Shown here piece by piece: positions 50,877-62,761 of a stretch of 64,000 nucleotides of DNA. Under the pieces are notes generated by a model. That model was given only the letters and a program-made list of their open reading frames with translations. It made no database searches and had not been told where the DNA came from. The stretch lies in assembly GCA_002104905.1 (NCBI GenBank), contig MCFE01000368.1:22654-86653 (forward strand). Reading direction: 5' to 3'. This DNA is from Basidiobolus meristosporus CBS 931.73. Taxonomy: Eukaryota; Fungi; Basidiobolomycota. How positions within the stretch are numbered: the first letter of the stretch is position 1; every line of letters begins with the position of its first letter. The position numbers and the translations under genes are program-made.

Positions 50877-51062
50877 ATAAAGCAAGGAAAGCACTATTCT
50901 GAGCAACATAAGTAAGATTGAGTAAAATTACCAGTAACTGTATCATACCACTGGCATCATGGTAGAAATTATAGTGCCAGATAGTGCCGTAGGGTGTCAG
51001 ATCAATCCGGCACTATAAACCGGCTGGCACTATGTGGCACTATCCAACGGAACAAGTCTAAT

Positions 51063-51795
51063 AGATTTATTCCATTACATAGTGCACATGGAGCCATGGG
51101 TGCCAAATGATTCCATAGTGTGCCAGGGAGGCCAAGTGAGCCTATACTTGGCCACAGAGTGTGAAACATAGCTTTTTATCTTCATGCAAAGCTGCCCCTA
51201 TGTTTCACCCATTGTGCTGGAGAAAATCCATTTTTTGACCTTTTTTTTTTGGATCAATGTTGTGCAGGATGTGTAAGAGCACAGAAGGACTGAAGATGTA
51301 CATCTGGTACCTAATACCTATGACACTTGGAATCCAGCTCCTGTGGCTTGTATCATGATGCAAAAATGCATGGCACAATCTTGGTCCACTGGTACTATCC
51401 AGCACAATAAGTGCTTTGTATAGGTTTTACTTTAGGGCTAATAATTAAATACAGTGCCAGAGAGTACTAATGGACCAAGCTACTACCCAGCATTTTTGTG
51501 ACATGATATAAGCCACAGGGGCTGAATTTTAAGTGTCATGGGTGTTAAGTACAAGATGTACATCTTCAGTCCTTCTGTGCTCTTACACATCCTGCACAAC
51601 ATTGATTCAAAAAAAAGGCCAAAAAATGGATATTTTCCAGCATGATGGGTGAAACACAGGGGCTGCTTTGCATGAAGATGCAGAGCTTTGTCTCACACCC
51701 CATTCCTAAGCTTAGGTCTGCTATGCCTCTCAGGCACACAATGGCACTATTTGGCACTCATGGCTTAATATGGTACTATCCAACAAAACAAGTTT
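51063..51795. mobile_element. ~733-bp foldback MITE of the PHIS family
   Basis: Degenerate TIRs AGATTTATTCC and AAAACAAGTTT; long inverted arms, e.g. 51253-51305 is the exact reverse complement of 51554-51606. Confidence 0.88.
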
Positions 51796-54571
51796 ACCAC
51801 TATTGTAGGTGTTCCTCATATAATTTATATCAATGAGAACTATGGCCTCCTGCTAACCAGCCTCTGCATATGTGCACACCTGCTGCAATTGACACACTTC
51901 TATCACCTCTACATTATGCTTTTAGTGTGATACTTGCAAAATTGTCATATACCTTGTATTGCTGGTGCAAGGTGAAACTTGCAAACATATGTTTAATTGC
52001 CACCACTTTTGCAATGAATACCTTCTGAATATCTGCAAATTACTACTTTGTGTTTACCCAGTATATTCCTTCTCCCTGCTGGATTCTAGTTCCCATTATA
52101 CGTGCACTCTAGCTCTTGTTTGTCTTAATCCCATAATGAATGGTGTAGAAACCAGCTTGTAACCAAGACAAACCTGGTCTACTTTGGTAAAGCTGTTCTA
52201 AAAAGAATCAGTTGCTTGTTGTGCCCAGCCCAACTTTGCATTACTTAACTGATTACCCATGCATTGTGGCAGCTTAGCTTCTTAATGCCATAGGTGTAGG
52301 TGTCTCCATGTGCACATCTGTCCTTGGTATGTCCCAACTCTTACTGGCTGTCCTCCATGTGCCAACTCATCACATACATGATGGACTTGAAGTTAATGTT
52401 CTTGATGAGAATAGGATATGGTAGTACCCACAACCCAACTTGTCTTCCTATGTCCCCAGACATCTACTCCAATGAAAACTCCCAAAAGATGAAGGAAGGC
52501 TCAATACCTTCCACACACCAATCAAGATGGAGTAGGGAATGGATTCAGTAGCAACAGAGATCTAAGTGTTCAGCTTTATGCTTACAGTGTAGCTACTCAA
52601 ATTCCATCACACACTCCTTGCATAAAAGCTGTAGATGTGTCAAGTTGTCATTGGTGATCTGCTTTGGGATAAATATTCCTACAATTTCAAAATACAACTC
52701 CCAATGCTTCCAGTGTACTCCTGGTAGCAATAGCTTCAGAAGGCCACACAAATAAATACAAAGCATGCTCATCCAGTCCTTGCATTTGTATTGTTGCATT
52801 TGCATATGAATGTTTATTGGAGCCCATGAGTGGTACTGTGGGTATCAGACACATTGTAATATCTTGCCAATTCTTTCCAATTTCTCTGGTATCTTGAAGG
52901 GCTCATTCAGCTTGAAATGCCTCATTTACAACTTGGTCATTAGTATAGGGATATTGCAAAAAGCAAAAGCATTGCTTGCAGTGGAAAGCTTTTCCTCCCA
53001 CAAATACCCTATATCTTAAGTATTGCCAGTTTCTAGCTAACTCCACATTCTGGCCATTGGCTTATAGCTTGTCAACTTTGCTGCAATTTTATGCTGACTT
53101 CTGTGCATTCTCTCTGTGGGAAGATGATATTCTTGGTGTTGGTGTTTATATGATAATAATGAGTGAGAGTTATGGAGCATATCCCCTGGATCTTGCACTT
53201 CCATCAGCAATACTGTCCATTGTGCCCAGAAAGGCCAGCTTTCTAGTTACTGGCTGGGGTATCTATAATGCAGATAATGATATGTGCTTTGGTATGATGG
53301 TTGCTTAGTAGTATCACACTGTAAACATACAAAACTCATCCAGTAGTGGATACAGGTAGCTGTCCAGGTTCAATGATAATTTGGGTCCAGAGGCCAGTGA
53401 GACTACCATCAGATTTCTGCTGTGATATTGTAAGATAGGGAGCAGATTCAGGTTGGTGAGAATTAGTAGCCAGCAGTGTTTGCTGGTAGTGTACTTGTTT
53501 AATGAGAATCCGTCAAGTGCCTAAGCAAAGGCATGGTCATACACTCCTTCAAAGTAGCCCTTGCTTCTTAGTTGCTTATAATTTTTGCCATCAAATATAT
53601 CAGAAATATTTGCGCTTGATTAATACTGAGTGTGGTATCCTATAGCTTCATAATATATGTAGGATTGCATGAGCTTTTTTAGATGGGGTATTACTAGAAT
53701 ACATCTGAAGTGTAAACAGTGTTATCCTCCTATGGTAGTGGATTCCTGGCAAGTTGGACACCTTGTAATGGTGGCAGTTTCTGATGTGAATACCATGCAA
53801 CTCTTAATACATGCTGGTATCAGGGCATTCTCTGGGTCATATGCTGCCAGCCTCATTATAGTTGTCCATTTGACCTTGTACATTGGAAAGCTACATCCTG
53901 GAACAATTTTTGCAAGAAGTGGTAGTAAATCCTCAGAGCTCCCATTACTGATATTTATGGAAACACATCACCTTATTGGCCACAACATAACATCACCAAC
54001 CAGTCAATAAGATACTGGGCTTACTTGACTCCATAAAGTATCCTTGGCTTTTTTTCTATGGGTGTGTCTTATTGCATATTGTGGTTTTGGCAGGCTCATT
54101 CAGGGTACCATTGTTAGGGGAGATAGGCTCTCAATCTATCAGTGAGCCTTCTTCTTCAGAACAATCACTATATGTGCCATATTCAGAAGGCTGAGGTAAG
54201 CCTAAAGGTGTCACAAATTTACCTGGCCCAGTTTGCACAAGGTGCCAAGTATAGCTAGGTTCTGTTGCAGATGTATCAAGTGGCTGGTAAGATATGACTG
54301 ATATTGTAGTGACAGATGAATGGTCAAGTATGACTTGTGTGGCATAACACTGTCTTCAATCCTTGTAATACTTCCTATGCCGTCAGCATGCTTCATAGCT
54401 CAGAGGGTTGTAACAGTAGCCACATGGTCTCTTCTCTTTTCTCTTGCAGTATTGAATCAAAGTAGTCTTCTCTATGGGGCAAACAGTTTGACACTCAACT
54501 ATGTGATGCTATTATATCACTGTTTTCTCAATACTTATGTTGGTTTAGGACAGTCTTGTTTTTGAGTTATT

Positions 54572-55255
54572 AGACTTGTTGAGTTGGAAAGTGTCACATT
54601 GAGCCATGAGTGCTAAATGACACCAAAGTGTGCCAGGGAGGCCAAGTGGACCTATAATTGGTCACAGAGTGTGAAGCATAGTTACAAATTGTCATGCAAA
54701 GCAGCCCCTGTGTTTCACCCATTATACAGGAGAAAATCCATTTTTTGAACTTTCTTGGAGGATAACTGTTGTGCATGCTGTGTAAGAGCACTGCAGAAAT
54801 GACAACATGCATCTGGTACTCAATACCCATGGCACTCTGAGTTTAGCCCCTGTGGCTTGCAATATGTCACAAAAATACATGGCACTATCCTGGTCAACTG
54901 GCACTATCTGGCACAATAAGTGCTTTATATAGGTTTTACATTAAGGCTAATATCTAAATATAGTGCCATATAATTCCAGTTGTCCACAATAGTGCCATGG
55001 GTATAGAGTACCAGATGCATGTTGTCAGTGCTTCTGTGCTCTTACACATCATGCACAACATTCATGCTCAAAAAAAGGGCCAAAAGTGGATTTACTCCAG
55101 CACAATGGGTTAAGCACTGGGGCTGCTTTACATGAAGATGACTATCTATGACTCACACTCTGTGGCCAAATATAGGTCCACTTGGCCTCCCCAGCACACT
55201 ATAGCATTATTTGGCACACATGGCTTAATGTGGTACTATCCAATAGAACAAGTGT
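54572..55255. mobile_element. 684-bp foldback MITE, second copy
   Basis: ATT|AGACTTGTT...GAACAAGTGT|ATT; empty site GAGAC-ATT-GCACCT at about 38005-38020; same central spacer as 51063-51795. Confidence 0.9.
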
Positions 55256-56619
55256 ATTGCACCTAAATGAATATATGATTCAATAATGATCCACCATAGT
55301 AGGCATTATGAGTATAGTTGTGGTACCACATACACTTGTATATGTACCACTATATCCCCTTTGGCTTGACTCACTTTCATCTATATCCTACCAAAAATTG
55401 AAGCAAAGTCATCTGGTTCTTGACTAAACCCCACCATTGACAGTAGTAGGAGATTGGCTGGACAACACCTTGCTGTGACATTCAGTGCAACAAGCAGGGA
55501 TACATCTAAAAAAGGCCATGTTGACAGTGTTCCCACCAAAGGTAATATTGTGGACTCCCCAGGCTCTCAGTCAAGTAGGCAAATGAGAATATCTGTAGAG
55601 CCACAAGCTAACTATAATGCTCAGGCAGATGAGAATGTAGAAAATGCAGTACCTTTGGTTGAAGATCTGCAAGCGATTGTCATAACATCACCACTACCTG
55701 TGTTGGCAACTATTTTGTCAGCTCATACCAAGGTATTAACAAAGCAATTAAGTGCAGTAGCTGATATAAAACATGCAATGGCCCAGAGAAGTCAAGAAAT
55801 AGTCCAGAAACAGGATAAGCAGCTAAGAGGTGTCAAGTACTCAATAACCTAGGTAGAGAAAGGAGTACCTTTGCTGCTAAGAAGGAACTCAAGTAGCTCA
55901 ATGTCACAGCCAAGAATTGATCTATTGCACAGTGTAACAGCAGAGTGATACCGTATTGTCTTTAAAGCACAACAATAGTGCCTAAAGATAAAGCCCACAG
56001 AAAGACCCATCACAGCATGGGAGGGAGAGACTGTTGTGTTTATGCCCAAGCCTAGAGATTAGAAGATAGTGAGGATCTGTGAAGCCATTGAGTGCAATGA
56101 TGAAGAGTGGGCTAATATTCAGGGGGCTGTTAGAAGTCCAGCACAGCATCACCTTAAGGCCAGCATACCATGGGACCATTGGGAACTTGAGGCCAAGCAG
56201 AAAGTGCTTGACCTGCTTCATGGGCATTATCCTGGGCTCTAGCAAGCAAAGGGCTTCTGGGCCAGCATTGAAATTGTACAAAAGCATCTCAAGAATAGCA
56301 GAAACTATCAAAGGCAGAAGAACAACAGTGCCACAGCTAAAACCAGTGGCTTCCTAAAGAGCTGTCACAAGCAGGGCTGAAAGCTCCAAACAGGTGGCAA
56401 AGAAATATCAGGTAGCTAGAGGAGTGCCAGTAAGGGACAGGCAGGTAGAAACAGACACATTAGTGCAACATTTATCAAGGAGAAAATGTAGTCCAATACA
56501 AGAAGCACTCAGTCACAGTAGCAATGAAGGGCTTGACAGTGATGAAAACCCACGGCTTTCTCAAAGCCTGTCACAAGCAGGGCTGGAAATTTCAAACAAG
56601 AGGCAAAGAAACATCAGAC

Positions 56620-57780
56620 TCTTTCATCACAGCAATGCATAAGTGGCTTTTGATTGGTTTGCTGCCAATTTTCTCACTTTCTGATCCAAGACTCTCTATC
56701 ACCTCCTACATTTGTGTGCATGGATTTGCTATTGCCTCTTTTTACACTCCTTACTTCCTGACTCAACTGTTTCTCTTACTTTTCATGCTTAGAAATTCAT
56801 TTATTTCCATTGAAACTTCAGTTATACCTCAATTGCCATTTGTTTTGACCTATACAAGTCCCTATACCCTACACTAACATTTAGCCTAACCCCACACTCA
56901 ACAAGTAACTTCATTGAAATCCACCACTCAATAAGTATTTCTACTGTAATGCTCTATTTACATGACTCTGGCATAGACCCTACAGCTTTATGACACTGTG
57001 CATTCAGTGGTTCCCATATATCCTGGTCTTTATCCAGCACTGCAAGAATTAGCACCTCATCTGCCAGTCCTTGCAATAAATTCTTGCAATATTCAAGAGT
57101 GTTTCCTTGAGCACTGCTCTTGAAGAAGTGCTACAACTTCTTAGTGTACCTATTAATGTTCCAAAATGCCACTGAAGGCATTGTGATAATCTTTTGAGTT
57201 CTTGATGTTGTTACTTTGTCAGTGGGATCTCCACCCTGTCAATAATGGAGCACATGGAGGCTATGGTAGACAAATTGCCTTTCTCTGCAAACCCATCTAC
57301 CTCTGTGGAGTGTAGCCTAACTGGCTGTGCTTTCAACTCTTGTGAAAACAACTGTTTTCTTGTTGGTAATTCTTCTTGGCTAAGATGGGACTCAGTCTGT
57401 TCTAGGCTTACAGCATTAATTAGCAAGACTGCAGCTTTTTCCTGATGCTTCCCTATCTTGGGCTTGAATAGACTTTCTTCCCTTTACCTTTTCCTTTATC
57501 ACTGCCAGGTCTTTCACTGCTACTTTGTCTGAGTACTTTTTGTATTGAACTACATTTTCTCCTTGATAAATGCTGCTGCCATGCATCCTTTTTGGCCTGC
57601 TTGCCCCTAGCTGGCACTCTGCAGGCAACCTGAAGCTGCTTTTCTGCTTGCTTCAAGCTCTCAGCCTATGATGTGATGGGCTCATGAGGTAGCCTCTTGT
57701 TTATATAACTGCCAAGTCCTTTACTGCTACCTTGACTGAAGGCTTCTTGAGCTGAACTACACTTTTTCTCTAGTAAATGT
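56620..57780 (-). pseudogene. Inverted copy of the tnp2-element accessory ORF 3' part and downstream sequence
   Basis: Reverse complement of 32200-33220. Confidence 0.65.
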
Positions 57781-59861
57781 TGTGCTTGTTGTTGTGTCTA
57801 AGAGAAAAGTGTAATAAAACTCTTGAATGAGTTAACTGAACCTAAGTGACAACTAAGTGTAGAATCTTAGAATTGTCAAGAGTGCCAGAAATATTAGCAG
57901 AGAGGTTCTGGTCTAATATTGGTCTTATATGTAGCTGAGTTGGGCTGTAAAGGCAACAGAGTAGGTTTGCTATGCAGGCTAGGCTTGGTGCTCTTGAGAG
58001 TGCTAGATATACTAAGCTTGGGTAGAAACTAGAATGGACTTGTAGAATTCTTAATTTTGTTGAGACACATACTAAACCAAAAGGTTCAGTATGTTTTAAA
58101 AATTTGTAACTCCACCTGAATATTCACCTAACTTAGTCACTTATATCATTACCCTCAAATCCTAGAGAATACTGATCAAATTCCTTGTTGGGATTTACTT
58201 AGAATATCTTCATCAAAAACCAGGTACCCAGAACATGAAAATTCTCAAAGTTGTCCAAACAGCCCCAAACTTTGCACACATGTTCTTGGGACCTTCCTTA
58301 ACCTATTCTACTTGCTTGTAATGCCAAGACCAGGTAAAAGTATAAATACTACTTTTACATTCAATAAATCATTAAGTGAAAACCACATAATCTACTTGTC
58401 CTCCCAATCACTTCCAATGTCTCCAAGACTCTTACAACAAGTTATGAGCCCCAAGCTGTCACTCTCTGTAATGTCTACTTCTGCTATTACTGGAATTTCT
58501 CCCTCTGCTGACAAGTTGGATGGATCTAGCTACCAAGTGTGGTAGGTGAAGATGAAGATGCTGCTACAAGAAAGAGGCCTTTGTAATATTGTCATGGGAG
58601 AAGAATGCCCTCCTCAAAATGTGGGAGAGGAACCCTTGAAGTATCAGAAGAAAGAACAAAGTGCCTTTAACTGCATTTGCCTTGATGTTAAAGACAAATA
58701 GCTAATTCAATGCTCAAGAGCAAAAACAGCAAAGAATGCCTGGAAGGCATTAGAGGACACCTACCAGTCATGTTCAGCTGCTAAGAAAATGTATCTGAGA
58801 CAGAAATTCTTTACCACAAAGATGCTGCCAGGAGAAGAAATGAAAATCTAATTAACAGAATTACCCTGCTGGTAGATGAGATGGAATCTGTGGGCGTACC
58901 AACTACTGATGAGGATGTGATAGTTACCATCCTGAATAGCCTGACAGACAGGTCTCAGGGCCTTGTATCAGCCCTAGAGTCCAGAACCAAAGACTTGACC
59001 TTATATTACGTATATGGAAGGCTCCTGGATGAAGAATTAAGAAAATCAAGTGCCAATAAGAAGGAAGAAGAAAATGCTCTAATAAGCAATGATAACCAAC
59101 AAAGGAGGTACCCAAGACCCTACAAAGGCAACAGCAACCTGTTTTGTAACTACTGCAAAAGGAAAGGACACACATCAGACCCATGTCTCAAAAAGAAAGA
59201 TAATCAGCAAAAGAAGCCTGAATATGGAAATGCTGCAACAAGTGAAGATAGACTACTCATATCTGCACTAAATATGACAACAAACAAGGATTCTCAGATG
59301 TGGTATATTGACTCTGGAGCATCTCAACACTTTACGCACCAAAAAGAACTTTTTACGCAATATCAAGAAATTCCAATTAAGAAGGTTTTCATGGGTGACA
59401 ATAGAACACTTGATGCAGTTGGAGAAGGGATTATCCAAGTCAACCTTAGAAGCAGTGAAGGAAGCCATACACTGACCTTTAAAGAAGTACTCTATGTACC
59501 AGAAATAGCCAAGAACCTACTCACTGTAAGAAAGGCCACAGCAGAAGGACTCAGTTTCAGCTTTGACAATTCTGGATGCAAGATTGCTGATCAAAATGGT
59601 GCCCATATTGCTTTGGGCATCAGAGATCAGAATCTATACAGGTTGACTTATATTCCATCATATTTGGAAGCCAATATAAGTAACTTAAATGAAGAAACAC
59701 CAATGCTTTGGCACAGGAGATTTGGGCACATCAATTTTGATTATTTGCGCAAAATGATCAAAGATCAGCTAATTTCTGGAGTAAAAATTGATCCCCCAGC
59801 TAATTTGGAGCACTGTGAAGCCAGCATATATGGGAAACTAGCCAGACAACTGTTCAAGAGC

Positions 59862-60109
59862 TCTGGGTTAATCAAAACTAAGAAAGAATTAGATCTAATT
59901 CACTCAGATCTGTGTGGACCTATGTAAAATTTATCCTTAGGCAGGATGAAGTATTTAATTACTTTTATTGATGATTATACAAGATACACATGGGTCTACT
60001 TCATGGGGAGAAAGGAAGAAGCTCTGTCTGGGTTAATCAAAACTAAGAAAAAATTAGATCTAATTCACTCAGATCTGTTTGGACCTATGCAAAATGTATC
60101 CTTAGGCGG
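59862..60109 (+). repeat. ~165-bp tandem duplication in the integrase 5' region
   Basis: TCTGGGTTAATCAAAACT occurs at 59862 and 60027; the second unit continues at 60918 after the LTR insertion. Confidence 0.85.
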
Positions 60110-60913
60110 TGTGGTACAGTAAACATACCTCCCACAGACAAGTTTAATCATATAGTCATTATGATATACTTATCCATATTTTATCTTATCAGTATTATCC
60201 CATTCTTCTTTTGCCCATATTATCAGTATTATCCCCATATGATGTTTACCCTGATTAGTTATTAGCATTAGTTATCTCAGATGTTATTCAGCTTTGTGAT
60301 CAGTATATGTATCTACATAAGGCAAGTACCCGCATCAGTACCTGTGACACATGACCTAGGTCTGTGTTACCATCCCTACCATTTCAATACCATATATGGT
60401 ATTGCTATGTTGCACAGGTTTCAGACTACTGATTCCTGATTGGTTGAATGTGCTGTGCCTTTTAGAACCTTCCAGGACATTCTTGGTATATTTTTAGCTC
60501 ATAGTGATGTCATCAAGAATTCCACTGATACCTAGAATCTTCTAGAACCTTGTCATTAGTAATCACTTGGCAATCAGGAAAAGTATTTAAGGGAAAGCAA
60601 TCCCTCATCAATAAATCATCCCTTCTATCAGTAACACTTCTACCTTATTGATTAGCAATTGATCACTGCACCTGCCTTCAACAGTACATCTCAGACCTGC
60701 CATCAAGGAGCTTTTCAGGGTAGTGCACAAGGCACACAGAGGCCTTTGGAGACACTTGGAGCACCCAGGAAGCTAGAGAAGCAGGAGCTTTTACCATAGT
60801 GACATATTGACAAAGACACCAACAGTTTAGACACAAAGGTTATTGCACCCATCAGACACCTCACACACCTTGAGTTGTGTAGCTTCTCCCAGGAGTACCT
60901 CTACACCACCACA
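60110..60913 (-). repeat. 804-bp solo LTR with 4-bp TSD GCGG
   Basis: TGTGGT...ACCACA; GCGG at 60106-60109 and 60914-60917; removal restores TTAGGCGGGATG as in copy 41538-46221. Confidence 0.9.
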
Positions 60914-62397
60914 GCGGGATGATGTATTTAATCACTTTTATTGATGATTATACAAGATACACATGGGTCTACTTCATGGAGAGAAAGGAAGAAGCTCTAT
61001 CTAACTTCAGGGAGTTTAAAGCCATGGTGGAGAGAGAAACTGGTGAAAAAATCAAGAAAATACGCTCTGACAATGGTGGAGAATATACCTCAAAACTCTT
61101 CATCCACTTCTGGAAAATTCATGGGATAAAGCAAGAGACTACTGTACCATACCCCCCACAGCAAAATGGAGTAGCAGAACATGCTAACAGATCAATAATT
61201 GATATGGCAAGATCTATGATCCATGATCAAAAATTATCCTATGATTTTTGGGCACAATCAGTTGCCACTGCTGTATACCTTAAAAATAGGAGTTATAACA
61301 GAATACTTTGTGATTCTACTCCATATGAAGCATGGTATGGATACAGACCAAGTGCAGAACATCTAGGAATATTTGGGTGTACAGCATATGCCAAAAAACT
61401 GGCCAGAAATCAGTCAAAATTTGAGCCAAAAAGTGTAAAATGCATATTTTTGGGCTACTGCAACAAGAGTAAGACATACAGACTCTACAATGCCAAAGCA
61501 AAGAAGCTGATCAAGTCCAGGGATGTGTTGTTTGATGAAGATTTAAAATTTTCACAAAAAATGGCATCAGATGCTGACAAAAATTTGATCTCAAGTCCAC
61601 CAATTGTCAGGATTGAGTCAGAGCAAAGCAATGAAAGTTTTTTCACTCCAGAGGACTCTACAATTGTGGTACAGCCAGAATCGGTGTCCAGGAATATCCT
61701 AGAAGTGATCAATCCTGTATCAAATGCCCAGAGATCCAATCAGACAAGAAATAGCCCAAATTACTATATCAATGATGGTACAAACTTAGCCTATGCCTAT
61801 TCAGTCCATATTGATGAACCCCAGACTGTAAAAGAGGCCCTAAAAAGCCCTCAGACAAAGTTTTGGAGACCTGCAATGACTGAGGAATATCAGGCCCTGA
61901 TGGAAATCAAACTTGGAACTTAGTCAAATTACCAATCAACCAAAATCAATTGAATGCAGATGGGTCTTCAAGACAAAATACAAGGCTGATGGTACAATTG
62001 AAAGATGCAAAGCAAGACTTGTAGCCAAAGGATATTCTCAAACAAAAGGACTTGACTATACTGAGACCTTTGCACTGGTAGCCAAGTTTAGATCCATCAG
62101 ATTAATATTGCCTATTGCAGCAAAATATATGTTTTTTATTGATCAAATGGATGTAAAAACTGCATTTCTGAATGGAGAACTTGGTGAGGACATGTATATG
62201 GACCAGCCTGATGGGTTTGTTGACCAAGATAACCCCCATTTGGTCTGCAAGCTTAAAAAGTCACTATATGGTCTCAAACAATCACCAAGAGCCTGGAATT
62301 GCAAGATAGATTCTTATTTGGAATCTTTGAGTTTCAAAAGGAGTAATGCTGACTATAGCATATACTATAAGCCAGATAGAGCAAGCCCAGTTCTATT

Positions 62398-62746
62398 TGT
62401 TGTAAAAATTTATAATTCCACCTAAATATTCACCTAACTTAGTCACTTAGAGCATTACCCTTAAATCCTAGAGAATACTGACCAAATTCCTTGTTGGGAT
62501 TTACTTAGAATATTTTCACCAAAATACCAGGTACCCAGAACATGAAAATTCTCAAAGTTGTCCAAACAGCCCCAAACTTTGCACACATGTTCTTGGGACC
62601 TTCCTTAACCTATTCTACGTGTTTGTAATGCCAAGACCATGTAAAAGTATAAACACTACTTTTACATTCAATAAATCATTAAGTGAAAATCACATAATCT
62701 ACTTGTTCTCCCAATCACTTCCAATATCTCCAAGACTCTTACAACA
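62398..62746 (+). repeat. Solo Copia A LTR inserted in Copia A RT
   Basis: 349 bp TGTTGTAA...TTACAACA, TSD CTATT (62393-62397, 62747-62751); removal restores PVLLALYVDD. Confidence 0.95.
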
Positions 62747-62761
62747 CTATTAGCTCTATAT

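Larger units (their letters stand above)
47648..51059. mobile_element. Apparently intact 3412-bp PHIS-superfamily (PIF/Harbinger-ISL2EU-related) DNA transposon
   Basis: Perfect 11-bp TIR AGACTTGTTCC / GGAACAAGTCT, TSD AAT (47645-47647, 51060-51062), two divergent uninterrupted ORFs. Confidence 0.92.
47190..56600 (-). mobile_element. Largest decayed copy of the tnp2-type element, interrupted by the PHIS element and two MITEs
   Basis: 47190-47644 continues at 51796 (compare 34500-34580); transposase remnant to about 54200; accessory ORF remnant on + at about 55420-56600; termini not defined. Confidence 0.6.

Noticed and set aside
57787-58091. Additional LTR family hosting the last Copia A
   Set aside because: Starts with TGTTG, but there is no second copy, end or TSD inside the window, so it cannot be supported
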